Shown here piece after piece: positions 18,537 through 29,486 of a stretch of DNA of 64,000 bases (its first letter is position 1; the number at the start of each line of letters is the position of its first letter). The DNA comes from Candidatus Eiseniibacteriota bacterium (GTDB lineage Bacteria; Eisenbacteria; RBG-16-71-46; CAZAMP01), in assembly GCA_965224245.1 (NCBI GenBank), contig OZ245046.1, positions 6,208,001-6,272,000 of the forward strand. Direction: 5' to 3'. The notes under the pieces are model-generated. The model ran no database searches. It was not told the DNA's origin and worked only from the letters and a program-made list of their open reading frames with translations. Both the position numbers and the translations under genes were made by a program.

Positions 18537-21500
18537 GTGCGTCGCCCGTCGATCGTGTCCGTTCCGCTCGTGCTCGTCGCTCTCATGCTCATCTCCTCGA
18601 CGACGGTCGGATCCCGACCGCTCGCTCGAGCGAGCGGCGACGTGCCCGCGGAGGCGATCTCGAACACCATCACCGCGCCCGGCTCCCCGAGAGCGCGAGT
18701 GTCAGGTGACCCCGACTCCTTGATCACCTGGTTCGGTGCAGTCGATGCCGGCGGGACGGCGACACCGGGCGGGAGGTGGACCTTCGATCACGGCGCTCCG
18801 GGTCTCGAGGGCTGGACCATCATCGATCCCTGGGGCGACAACGCGTTCCTCGCCGGGCGTCGCGTGACCGGGGCCGAGTGGGAGGCGCGTGGCGGCACGC
18901 CCGGCGGCGCGCCCACGTTCGGGACCACGGGGAGCCTCTGGTTCGGGTTCTACCCGAACGAGGCGGACAGCGCCTGCTTCGACGCCGGGGCCGGGTACGG
19001 GAACTACTGGGCGCAGGAGCTGAGGAGTCCCGTGTTCCAGCCCGTCAACCCCTTCATCAGCGTTCAGTTCAGTTTCTACAACGACACCGAGGACGGGTAC
19101 GACTTCACGCGGGTGCTGGTCCGGAACCTGACAGACGCCACCGAGCAGCAGCTGCTGTCGATCACGGGTTCGTTCGGCACCCCGTCGAGTCCGGTCGCGG
19201 GGGGGGTGGGGCTGCCGTGGTGGCGGGTGATGACTACCAGCTCGTCTTCGAGTTCCGATCCGATCCGGCGTATTCCGACGAGGACGGCCTCCACGCAACG
19301 GCCGCGGGCGGCTTTGCCGTCGACGACCTGACGATCGATGATCTGGCCACGGTCCTCACCTACGACTTCGAGACGGACGACGAGGGCTTCACCGCACACG
19401 CCCAGCCCACGGACGGAACGATCGCCGACATCACCAACGTGTGGGCGGCGGAGCCGGTGTGCTTCGACGTGGCGACCCCTCATGGCATCGGCTCCGCAGC
19501 GCTCGCGGGGTCCATCCCGCAAGGTCACGGCGAGTACTTCGTCTCGCCACCGGTCGACATCTCGTCGTTCGGCAGCAACCCGCACCTCTTGGGGGAGACC
19601 CGGTTCAGCGCTGATCTTCCCTGCCTGGACGGCGTCCGGTTCGCCGTGGGCTGGAGCTACTACCCGGAGAGCTGCAGCGGAGTTCTGCGCTGGTCACAGC
19701 TTCGGTTCCGCACCTACTTCTACACGAGCGCGCCGACGTGCGACGTGTTCCAGGAGATGGATCGTTTCCCGGGTGTCGACATGGTCCCGGCGGGGGCAGA
19801 CTCGGCGCGCATGGTGATCTACGTCACGCAGTCGTGTGACTTCGCTGCCGGCTGCCCCGGCGAGTGCACCGGCGTCACCAACGATACGCCCTACTTCGAC
19901 GACATCCGGATCGGAGTCGTGAGCGAGCGGGTGCGGCTCGTTCCGACGCTTCTCTATCCCACGATCCAGGCCGCGATCGACTCCGCCGCCGTGGGCGACA
20001 CCGTGTTGGTCGCGGAGGGAACGTACACAGGAGTCGGGAACAAGGACATCGACTTCGGCGGCAAGGATCTCGTGCTTCTCGCCCAGGGCACGGGCGCGGT
20101 CATCGACTGCGAGGGCTCGGGGCGCGGCTTCCGCATGGAGGGCGGCGAGACCGCGGCTGCCGTGATCGACCGGTTCACCATCCGTAACGGCGCGCCGGCG
20201 TCCGGTCGCGGCGGGGGGATCGCGATCCTCTCGTCATCGCCCACGATCAGGAACTGCGTGGTCGAGGATTGCGCCACGTCGAGCCCTGCCGACGGCGGTG
20301 GCATCTCGGTGTTCTCGCTGTGCTCGCCGGTGATCGAGTCGTGCGTCATTCAGAACAACAGCAGCACGGACCAGGCCGGTGGGATCTGGGCCTCGGATGG
20401 CGCGACGCCGACCATCATCGACTGCCAGATCATCAACAACACGGCGACGGTCGCGGGCGGCGGACTCGGGTTGCGGGACTCGGGCACGATCGCGACCGTG
20501 ACGCGTTGCACGATCACCGGCAACTCGACGCAGGGAAGGGGTGCCGGCGCCTACTTCTCCCAGAGCGCCGGGAGCTTCACCGACTGCGTGATCCAGGGGA
20601 ACACGGCGAGCGAACACGGTGGAGGCGTCTATGCCACGGGCTCGGCAACGTTCGTGACGATGTCCGGGTGCCTCCTGACCGGCAACCACGCCGCCGAACT
20701 GGGCGGGGGGTTCTACCAGACGAGCTCGCCCACGTGCTCGATCGTCGCCAGCACCCTCGCCGGGAACCACGCCGGCACGAACGGTGGCGGCATCCGCGCC
20801 TTCTCGGGAACGCTCACGGTGGATCGTTCGATCGTCTGGGGAAACTGTGCCTCCGGCGGCCCGGGCGACGAGATCTACACAGGCGCGTCGGCGATCGTCG
20901 ACTTTCTGTGCAGCGACGTCGACAGCACGGCGGTCGACAACCCGGGCACGGTGACGTACGACGCGAACACCGTCGCTCTCGACCCGGAGTTCTGCGGACC
21001 GGAGGATTGCCTCTCCGCGCCGACGACCGCGGGCGACTACGCGCTCACGCTCGGGTCGGTGTGCAACCCGCTCTACTCCCCGTGCGGGGAGCAGATCGGC
21101 GCCTTGGCGGGAACCTGCCTCGGGCCCTCGCCAGCTCTCACCGCCGTCGCAGACGTCCCGGACGACCAGGGACGGCAGGTACGCCTCACGTGGACGCGGA
21201 CGGTGCACGACGGTCCGGCCGGGCCCACGATCACCGAGTACGGGATCTGGCGACGGATCGACAGCTGGCTCGCGTTGGGCGGTCCGGAAACGAGATCCGC
21301 CGGCACCGAGCGACGCTCCGACGTCCTTCTACCCCCGGGGAGCTGGGACTTCGTGGGCACGGTTCCGGCGCGCGGCGACGACGAGTACCACACCGTCGCC
21401 CCCACCCTGTGCGACTCGACCGAGACCGAGCTCTGCACCTCGACCTTCTTCGTTTCGGCGATGACGGCTGACCCGCTCACGTTCTTCGACTCGATGCCCT

Positions 21501-22084
21501 TGACCGGGTACTCGGTGGACAACCTGCCGCCTGGCGTACCGACGGGACTCATGCTCGTCGGCACGGATCTAGCCTGGGACGCTGCCTCTGATTCCGATTT
21601 CGCGTACCACAGCGTCTACGGCTCGATGTCGGCGGAGTTCGATCCCGCGGCCACCTTGATCGGGTACACGATCGATCCGAGCTATGACGTGGCCGGCGCA
21701 TCGTACGGCTTTTATCACGTGACGACGACCGATCACGCGGGCAACGAGGGAGAGGCCGCGAGCGTGGAGGGCGCGTTGCTCTCATCACCCGAGGCGCCGG
21801 CTGCGACTACATACACGCTGTTCCCGCCGGGACCGAACCCGTTCCGCAGTGGCACGGCGTTGACGTTCGCGCTTCCCGTGGCGGGGGACGTGCGGCTCGT
21901 CATCTACGACGCGAGTGGACGTGTGGTGCGGACGCTGGCCGATGGGGCGTATGCGCCTGCGGTCCATCGAGTGGCCTGGGACGCGCGCGATGATGGTGGC
22001 CGGCCAGTGGGGCCGGGTGCCTACTTCGCGCGGCTCACGGCGGGGACGTATGAGGCCGAACGCCGTCTCACGGTGATTCGGTGA
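18537..22084 (+). pseudogene. Secreted right-handed beta-helix protein with DQG module and FlgD/T9SS-like CTD, split by a single frameshift near 19200
   Basis: GGAGGA RBS plus GTG and signal peptide in the frame of ORF 18387; coding continues in the frame of ORF 18776 after the G8 run at 19199-19206; YPTIQAAID..GDTVLVAEGTY and N-x-A..GGG repeats. Confidence 0.8.
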
Positions 22085-22635
22085 GTCCGAAGCGGTGGTT
22101 CGCGACGTCTTCACGGGGTACCCAGTCCGAACGCATCGCGAACTCAGCATCCAAAGGGCCGCGACGCGCCAGTCGACGTCAAGCGTAGAATGCACCGGTA
22201 CAACCGGTTGACCCCGTTCGGACTGGGGAGCCCGGGTTTGCCACGTCACGATGACCGAGCCTCAGCCGCTTCGGGGAACCGACGGCCCATGGGGGCACGA
22301 CGCGTCCGTGCGAACCGTCGCGCGGCCGGGGCCGCTGCGGCGCCGTAGCGGGAGCGTGCGGGGCCACGCCACGATCAGGGCGGGACGCACGCACATAGCA
22401 GAATCGCACTGACTTGGAGAACTCGTGGCCATGGACTCCGAACGACTGGTAGAATTGACCTTCAGTCCGTACGTCCGGTGACTCGCGAGCAATCATGTAC
22501 GCGCAACCGATCGCATGGGTCGTCGACAGCGCCATGCGATCTTGCGACGAGATGCCCGGGAGGCTCTTGCGACCGGGCGCAGCCTCGAGTCTCTCATCAG
22601 AACCGCGTTGCCAGGAGGCGCGGAAGGAGGACTGC

Positions 22636-23223
22636 ATGAAGAGGTTCCTGATCGCGTTCGCGGTGATGGGCCTCGTCGCGCCCACAGGCGTGGCGATGGC
22701 GGTCGACGCCGACAACAACGGCATCCAGGGCGACGAGGGCGTCCACGAGCCCGGAAGCTACGACGGGGCGTTGAGCGTCGGCGGAGATACGGTGATCTTC
22801 CCGAGCCTGCCGGCCGACACCTGGGACGTGATGTTCTATCCGTACTGGTGGAACGCCGGTGACACCGCGTACGGGATGCACGACGTCGACCTCAGCCCGG
22901 TCGATCATGCCGAGTGCCACGTCGAGCTGACCTACAACAGCCTCACGGCCGGTTGTGGGTTCGTCGATGTGGACTTCATGATCGACGGTGACGTCGTCGG
23001 GTCGTTCCAGTTCCTGCCGGGCGTGATGACGTACGACGTCGTCTTCGACTTCGATCCGAAGGTGCCGCCGTTCGAGCTCCGGTACCTCGTGACGAACACG
23101 GTCGCCGGTGGATGCGGTAGCGTCTCGCTCAACGAGTCCGGTGCCAACACGGTCTACTTTACCGGAGACTCGTCGACGCCGACGCAGAACAAGAGCTGGG
23201 CGGCGATCAAAGCCCTCTACTGA
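22636..23223 (+). CDS. Secreted hypothetical protein with C-terminal TPxxxxSWAAIKALY tail
   Basis: AAGGAGG RBS; signal peptide MKRFLIAFAV; ends STPTQNKSWAAIKALY. Confidence 0.8.
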   Translation: MKRFLIAFAVMGLVAPTGVAMAVDADNNGIQGDEGVHEPGSYDGALSVGGDTVIFPSLPADTWDVMFYPYWWNAGDTAYGMHDVDLSPVDHAECHVELTYNSLTAGCGFVDVDFMIDGDVVGSFQFLPGVMTYDVVFDFDPKVPPFELRYLVTNTVAGGCGSVSLNESGANTVYFTGDSSTPTQNKSWAAIKALY

Positions 23224-23227
23224 GCGG

Positions 23228-23292
23228 CCGGTCACGATCCGTCGTGACCGGTAACTTCGTGACGCCAGGCATTCCTCTCGGATGCCTGGCGT
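23228..23292 (+). terminator. Two tandem perfect hairpins downstream of the 22636-23223 gene
   Basis: CCGGTCACGA-TCCG-TCGTGACCGG (10-bp stem) and ACGCCAGGCAT-N9-ATGCCTGGCGT (11-bp stem); no strong U tract. Confidence 0.5.
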
Positions 23293-23347
23293 TCTCGATT
23301 CTCCCCGATCTGGCATGTCGATGGCGTGCGGTCAATGAACTCGATAC

Positions 23348-23640
23348 CGCGCACTGACCGAAGACTCGACCGCCTTGCCAAGTAGTAGCTTACGAGCCCC
23401 GTGCTAGACTCGTCGATATGAGCGAGATCATCCATCTCCAGCTCCTGCTGGCGACGTTCTCGGCATGGATGGGGCGACGGCAGGCATCAGTCACTGCCTA
23501 CCTTGATCGAATGAAGCCGCATCGCCTCGGACTGTGACATCGCCAGTCACGAGCGCCTCGATCGGCTGCTGAGGTACTACCTTCAGGAGGCGGCGTGACG
23601 GGATGGTCCGCGGTCGGTCGAGTTTCTCGACCCTACCGGG
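23348..23640 (+). mobile_element. Internally deleted integrase-core IS relic (left end, N-terminal codons, C-terminal codons, right end)
   Basis: CGCGCACTGACCGAAGACTCGACCG...TGCTAGACTCGTCGATATGAGCGAGATCATCCATCTCCAG...HERLDRLLRYYLQEAA*...GGTCGGTCGAGTTTCTCGACCCTACCGGG. Confidence 0.85.
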
Positions 23641-23883
23641 TCGTGGATGGTCACTGGGTCGAGAATCACCCCCGCCGGTCGAAGACCCTGGAGACGCGGA
23701 GGCAGCTCACGGAAACGTGAGCGCATACGTAGCACCGGACACGATCCCCCCGCCATCCGATCGTGCGTTCCGTCTCGCCCGGGCATTGACCTACCGAGAC
23801 CGCGCACGGGTCGCCCCCCGGCGGACGCCCCACGTCCCGGGAGGCCCGCGCGCCCGAGCTCTCGAGCGAGAGGAGTAGTCCAG

Positions 23884-25140
23884 ATGAACCACAGACGTTT
23901 CGGTCTCGCGGTCGGCGTGCTGTCGGTCCTGACCGCCGTGAGCGCGCGGGCCGAGGTCACCGCGCCCCCGGGATACACCGTCGAGCTTCTGGCCGTGGAG
24001 CTCGGACGCTCGACGAGTGCCGTCGCGCCCGCCGGGCCCTACGGCGGAGATCTCTACGTGTGTCGCGCGGACACGAAGACGATCGAACGCATCGATCCCG
24101 CGGGGACGATCACCCCGTTCGTGAGCTTCTCGGACGCACCGGAGTTCGCCGACGGGCCGTGGTGGCCGAGCTTCGATCGACTCGGGCTCTACGGCGGACG
24201 ACTCCACGTCGTCGAGGATCCAAACGACATCTACGCGGTGGACGAGACCGGCCACGCGGAGATCGTCGTGAGCTTTCCTCCGTCGGGATGGGACAACGAC
24301 GGCATGGCCCTCGATCCGTTCGGTCACTTCGACGGCGCCTTGTTTCTCTCCGAGGGGTTCAGCGGGGACATCCTGGCCATCGCGCCGACCGGGGAGGATT
24401 CGCTCTTCGTGGACCTGACCGAGAACAACCTGACCGGCTTCCGCTTCTCGCCCGGGGGAGCGTTCGGAGAGACGCTGTTCGTCACCGCCCCGTTGACGGG
24501 TCGCGTCTACGCGATTCCGGCCGCCCACACGGCGGGCGAGAGCGTCCCACCGTTCATCGACTTCCCGGCCGAGGGCTCGACCGTTCAGCCAAACGGGATC
24601 GTGATCAGTACGAGCGACGGGTTCGGGGTCGACGTCATGCTCCTGGTCGACCTTCACGCGCGTGTGGTCCTCCGGATCATGCCGGACGGATCGATCGCTG
24701 ACACGTTCCTGACCGGGCTGGCCGGCCCGAGCACCCTGGAGATCGGACCTCAGGGCTCCGCCTTCGAGGGAGCGCTGATCGTGCACGAGGTCGTAGAGGG
24801 GAACATCTGGATCGTGCGACCGGAGATGCTCGCCGCCGGCGGCGGGGCGGTCGGCATGGGGTCTGCCCAGATCGGGTTCGACGCCGGGCCGAACCCGTTC
24901 CGGACGGGCGTGTTCGTGCGGCTCACGGGCCGCGGCGAACGGATTCGCGTGACGGTTCACGACGTCGGGGGGCGTCGCATCCGTACGCTCTGCGACCGCC
25001 GCGTGGAGCGCGGCGAGTCCGCGATCGCGTGGGATGGCCGTGACGAGAGCGGCGCGATCGCCGCGGCGGGCACGTATTTCGTCCGGCTCGAGGCTCACGA
25101 CGGCATCGCCTCCCGAAGCGTCGTCCGGCTGAGGCGCTGA
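23884..25140 (+). CDS. Secreted beta-propeller-like protein with FlgD/T9SS-like CTD
   Basis: AGGAG RBS; signal peptide; P-x-G-x-x-F repeats; PNPF..HDVGGR..GTYF terminus. Confidence 0.75.
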   Translation: MNHRRFGLAVGVLSVLTAVSARAEVTAPPGYTVELLAVELGRSTSAVAPAGPYGGDLYVCRADTKTIERIDPAGTITPFVSFSDAPEFADGPWWPSFDRLGLYGGRLHVVEDPNDIYAVDETGHAEIVVSFPPSGWDNDGMALDPFGHFDGALFLSEGFSGDILAIAPTGEDSLFVDLTENNLTGFRFSPGGAFGETLFVTAPLTGRVYAIPAAHTAGESVPPFIDFPAEGSTVQPNGIVISTSDGFGVDVMLLVDLHARVVLRIMPDGSIADTFLTGLAGPSTLEIGPQGSAFEGALIVHEVVEGNIWIVRPEMLAAGGGAVGMGSAQIGFDAGPNPFRTGVFVRLTGRGERIRVTVHDVGGRRIRTLCDRRVERGESAIAWDGRDESGAIAAAGTYFVRLEAHDGIASRSVVRLRR

Positions 25141-25210
25141 GACGTCGATCCCGAGCTTCGCGAGCTCACCGACGATGCGGGGCGCTCCCCGGAGACCGGC
25201 CGGCAGTGCC
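25137..25210 (-). pseudogene. Short fragment of a second integrase-core transposase type
   Basis: Reads GAPRIVGELAKLGIDVS, similar to the WGAPRIHGELxKLGIxVS motif of such transposases. Confidence 0.55.
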
Positions 25211-25417
25211 ACGTTTCTGGTGAAACCGAGTACGAGGATATTCGTAGATGGTCTAGTTCCCGGGATGATGGGTGCACTGAACGCGAGTGTGCACCAGGAA
25301 CGTCTCGTGACGCCGATCAAGTCGGCGGTCACCGGCCTGATGGCCTTCCTGGGGCAAGTCGTTTGCCTTGGGGACTTGCCGTGCCTCGGATCCCGAAGCT
25401 CCACGATGCGGGAGTGC

Positions 25418-26632
25418 GATGAAGTATGTCGTCTGGCTGCGTGTCGTGGCGATCACGGCGGGCGGGACCTTCTCACCAGGACCTGCGGCTGCAGGGAACA
25501 TCGAAACGCTTCCAGCGCAGGCGCACGCAATAGTTCAGACATTCGTAGACGCCCACGTGTTCCAGGTCGTCGTCTTGATGGCAGTCGACGGTAACGTCGT
25601 GTTCGAGCGCGACTACGGCAAAGCTCACTACGAGTTTGAATCCCGAGCATCAACGGCTTCGACGAGTACGACGAGCTGCAGCTCCGGCACTACGAAAATG
25701 CTGGGGAACTCGTCGAGATCTTCAAGGACAGACCCCTCGAGTTTGCCCCCGGCGAACGCACCGCCTACAGCAATTCGAACTACGAGCTTCTCGCTCATGT
25801 GATTGAGGTTGTGAGTAGTAAGTCGTATGCCGAGTTTCTTGCCGTGAACATCTTTGGACCGTTGCAGATGAACGATACCAGCCATCGTGGTGCTCCGGCG
25901 GCGATCGTTCCCCGGCTCGCTTCCGGGTACACGCCAGTCGGCGCAACGGGTTTCGGCCGCGCCCGATTCCTGGACTGGACGGTGAAGACCGGAAATGGAT
26001 CTCTCTACTCCACCGTTCACGATCTGTTGCGGTTTCATGAAGCGCTACAGGGCGACGACCTGTTGAGCACCGCGAGTCTGGCGAGGGCGTACGGGTTCGA
26101 GCGCGAACTCGGCTCCGGCTGGTTCCCCAGCACGCAATCCGGGAGGCGCACGGTGACCATGAGCGGTCGCAGTCCAGGCTACGTCGCGTACTTCAAGCGC
26201 GTCATCGACGAAGACCGATGCCTGATCGTGTTGTCCAATCTCTATCTTGGGCCACCGAAGCAGATGCTCGATGCACTCTCCGCGCTGCTCGTCGGCGAGC
26301 CGACGGGTGCGGTGGATTTCACATTGGACGCGACCTCGAGCGAGATCGACCTGGCCGACTACGCCGGCCTGTACCGCTTCGGGGAGGACTGGTACGTGGG
26401 AGAAGTCACCGTGAAGGTCGACAATCGGGGAGACCATCTCGCTGTCGTGTACCAGAGTGGCAAGAACATCGGATACGAGTTTCTTCTCGTGCCGATGGGA
26501 TCCCGGAGGTTCTTCGATCGAACCCACGGTGGCATCGTCCGATTCGAAGAGATGCAGGGTGGAACGAGCTATCGCCTGGATTACGTGTACGGTTCGACGA
26601 GGACTGCATTGCCGATCGATCAGTCGCAGTAG
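25418..26632 (+). pseudogene. Serine hydrolase (beta-lactamase-related) with internal deletion and frameshift
   Basis: N-terminal MKYVV..DGNVVFERDYG frame jumps near 25645 to PLEFAPGERTAYSNSNYELLAHVIE..LYSTVHDLLRF; the SxxK region is missing. Confidence 0.7.
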
Positions 26633-26640
26633 CGTTCGCA

Positions 26641-27301
26641 CGCGCACTGTCCAAAAGCTCGACCGCGTTGCCAGATAATAGCTTACGATCGCCGTGCTAG
26701 ACTCGTCGCATGAGCGAGATCACCCATCTCCAGCTCCTGCTGGCCACGTTCTCGGCCTGGATGGGATGTCAGCAGGCATCGGTCAGCGTGTACCTGATCG
26801 AGGAAGACCGCGTCCTCAAGGAGCAGCGCGAAGCCGACGGCCGGAAGCTACGCTTCACCGATCAGCGTCGGAGACTGGCCGCCAAGGGCAAACCCCTGGG
26901 CCACAAGATTCTCCAGCAGACGCTACCTGATCCTCGATCGCGACGCGCTCTTCACGCAACGGCTCAAATCGACCCTCGAAGCCCCGGGAGTTCAGATCCT
27001 GCGGACGTCGTACCGGGCGCCGAACATGAATGCCAGTGCGGAGCGGTTCGTGCGATCGCTAGAGACGAAGTGCCTGGATCAGATGATCTTCCTCGGGCTG
27101 GACTCGCTGGAGCGGGCCATCGGCGTACGTCGCCCACCATCATGGGGAGCGAAGCCATCAGGGGCTCGGCAACACGGTGGTCAATGGCGTACAGCCACGA
27201 CCCGAGTGCACGATCCACGTAGACGAGCGGTGCGGCGAGCGGCTCGAGCGCTACGATCGGAGGGTCGCGTGAGGTCGGTCGAGCTTCTCGGATGGTACGG
27301 G
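26641..27301 (+). mobile_element. Largest integrase-core IS relic (both ends, partial transposase)
   Basis: MSEITHLQLLLATFSAW..YLIEEDRVLKEQ..LRFTDQRRRLAAKGK fused to YLILDRDALFT..RAPNMNASAERFVRSLETKCLDQMIFLG..SHQGLGN; ends GGTCGGTCGAGCTTCTCGGATGGTACGGG. Confidence 0.9.
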
Positions 27302-27395
27302 TAGAACGGGCTCCTCGTGACGAGCCTTGGAGGATGGGACACCGATGCCGCAACGTCAGCGGGGCGAACGCCCACGAGCCATCAACCCGGGCACC

Positions 27396-28400
27396 ATGCG
27401 CCGCGTCACCCGCATCGCTCTCAGGGCCGCCCTGGCGGTAACTCTCCTGGCCCTGGTCTTTCGGTTCATTCCACTCACGGGCGTGGCCGCTGCGCTCGGG
27501 AACACGGAGCCGGGCTACCTTCTCCTGGGCATCGGTCTCCAGTTCGTCATGCGCGTGGTGGCCACGGTTCGCATGCGCGTCATCACCGCCGACCAGGGAA
27601 TGAGCCTGGGTCACGTGGCGCTGTTCCGGATTCTGCTGGCAACCCAGTTCTACTCACAGCTCTTGCCGGGCTCGATCGTGGGTGGCGGCGCCACCTGGCT
27701 CAAGTGCGTGCAGTCGGGGGCCAGCACCGATGCCGCTCTGGCCGCCGTCATCCTCCATCGGGGCATCAGCACGATGGTGGCGATCGGCGTGGGCTCGGCT
27801 GCGTGGCTGCTCCGGCGCGGTGAGATGACGCCCCCGGCCATTGCCGTTTCGCTCGCGATCTTGATCGCCTTGTGCGCCCTGGCGGTCGTGCGGGTGCCGG
27901 TTCGCATGGAGTCCGTCTCGATCCGCACGGGGCGTGTTCGGCGATGGCTTCATCGGGTGTTACGCCGCCTTCTGCGTTTTCATCACATCCCCGTGCGCGG
28001 GAAGCTGGTCGTCATCTTCGATTCGTTCGTGTACGAGACGGTCGCCGCGATGGCGTTCTGGTCCTTCGCGGCGGCGCTGTCCATCGAGCTCCATCCGCTC
28101 GATGCGGTGTGGATCCGTGTCGCGCTGCAGCTGGTGCTGATGGCCCCCGTGACGATCGCCGGTCTCGGCGTCCGCGAGGCCAGCCTGGTCGGCCTGGGCA
28201 GCCTGGTGGGTGTCGGCGCCTCCGACGGCGTGGCGTGGTCGCTCCTGGTGCTCGCCGGGACACAGGTCGTGGCGATCGCCGGTGGTCTGATCGAGGCCCA
28301 TGCGACGGCCGGCATCGCGTCGCGGCGCCTGGTCACGCGCAGGGCTCCCGACGCCGGCCCCGATCTCGCCTCCGGCCGAGAGGGTGGCCATACTCGATGA
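27396..28400 (+). CDS. Lysylphosphatidylglycerol synthase TM-domain/flippase-like membrane protein
   Basis: Multiple TM segments; LLPGSIVGG and PVTIAGLGVREASL motifs; start uncertain (27345 or 27396). Confidence 0.8.
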   Translation: MRRVTRIALRAALAVTLLALVFRFIPLTGVAAALGNTEPGYLLLGIGLQFVMRVVATVRMRVITADQGMSLGHVALFRILLATQFYSQLLPGSIVGGGATWLKCVQSGASTDAALAAVILHRGISTMVAIGVGSAAWLLRRGEMTPPAIAVSLAILIALCALAVVRVPVRMESVSIRTGRVRRWLHRVLRRLLRFHHIPVRGKLVVIFDSFVYETVAAMAFWSFAAALSIELHPLDAVWIRVALQLVLMAPVTIAGLGVREASLVGLGSLVGVGASDGVAWSLLVLAGTQVVAIAGGLIEAHATAGIASRRLVTRRAPDAGPDLASGREGGHTR

Positions 28401-29479
28401 GCGTCCCCGCCGTGTCGCTCTGCGTCATCAATCACAATGGCGCCGCGCATCTACGCCGGGCCCTCACGGCGCTGGACGGTCTGGGATGGTCGTTCGGGGA
28501 GGTCCTCGTCGTGGACAACGCATCCGAGGACGACAGCCTGGACGCGGTCGCCGCTTGCTGTCCTCACGCTCGACTCGTCGCCTTGCCCCGGAATCTGGGT
28601 CCGGGAGGGGCGCGCAATGCGGGCTTCGCGTCGGCCCGGAACGACCTCGTTCTGTTTCAGGACAACGACGTCGCCCTGTGTCCCGGAGCCGTGAAGCGGC
28701 TGGTCGACCGCATGCGAGAGAACGAGCGGGTACTTGCCGTGGCTCCGCGGGTCCTTCATGCATCCGATCCGGAACGGGTGCAGTTCGACAGCGCGGATTG
28801 CCACTTCTCCGGCTTCATGATGACCCGCAACGCCGAGGCGTCCGTCGGATCCCTGACGAGTCGCTCCCCGGATCACCAGGCCACCCGGACGACCTCGCTC
28901 GTGACGGCCTGTTTCCTTCTCGATGGAAGTCGCTGGTCCGGTGGCCCGCTGTTCGATGACTCGCTGGGCTTCAATCTGGAGGACCACGACTTCGGTGTCC
29001 GGGCCAGCGTCTCCGGGCACGAGCTGTGGGTCGAGCCCGAGGCGACCGTGCTGCACGGCGGGGGCACGCCGGGCCTGTCGCTTCGGGACGGTCAACGACC
29101 GAGTGAACCGCGTCTGTTCTACCTGATCCGGAATCGCTGGATCGTGATCGCGAAGTGCTTCTCCGTGCGGACCCTGGTACTACTGGCGCCGGCTCTCGCG
29201 CTGGTCGAATGTATGCTCCTGGGATGGCTGGTCATCCATGGACGGGGTGCGATCTGGACTCGGGCGGTCCGCTCGTTCTCGGGCCGGCGTCGGACGGTGT
29301 GGGCACAGCGGCGCGACGTTCAGCGCGGACGGCGGCGGGGCGATGCGTGCATCCTTCGCGACGGACCGCTTCCGCTGACCTCGCACGTGCGCCGGGGTTC
29401 ACTCGCGGCCCGGGTCCTGCCGATCGCGGAGCGGCTCCTGCGAGGCTACTGGCGCCTCGTTCGGCGGTGGATATGGTGA
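28397..29479 (+). CDS. Glycosyltransferase family 2
   Basis: VINHNG, VVDNASEDDS, NLGPGGARNAG, FQDND, EDHDFG. Confidence 0.9.
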   Translation: MSVPAVSLCVINHNGAAHLRRALTALDGLGWSFGEVLVVDNASEDDSLDAVAACCPHARLVALPRNLGPGGARNAGFASARNDLVLFQDNDVALCPGAVKRLVDRMRENERVLAVAPRVLHASDPERVQFDSADCHFSGFMMTRNAEASVGSLTSRSPDHQATRTTSLVTACFLLDGSRWSGGPLFDDSLGFNLEDHDFGVRASVSGHELWVEPEATVLHGGGTPGLSLRDGQRPSEPRLFYLIRNRWIVIAKCFSVRTLVLLAPALALVECMLLGWLVIHGRGAIWTRAVRSFSGRRRTVWAQRRDVQRGRRRGDACILRDGPLPLTSHVRRGSLAARVLPIAERLLRGYWRLVRRWIW

Positions 29480-29486
29480 GGTGTCG

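Noticed and set aside
6230-22084. Diversity-generating retroelement TR/VR pair from the duplicated 3' modules
   Set aside because: Differences look mostly synonymous and not adenine-specific, both copies are coding, and there is no reverse transcriptase in the window.
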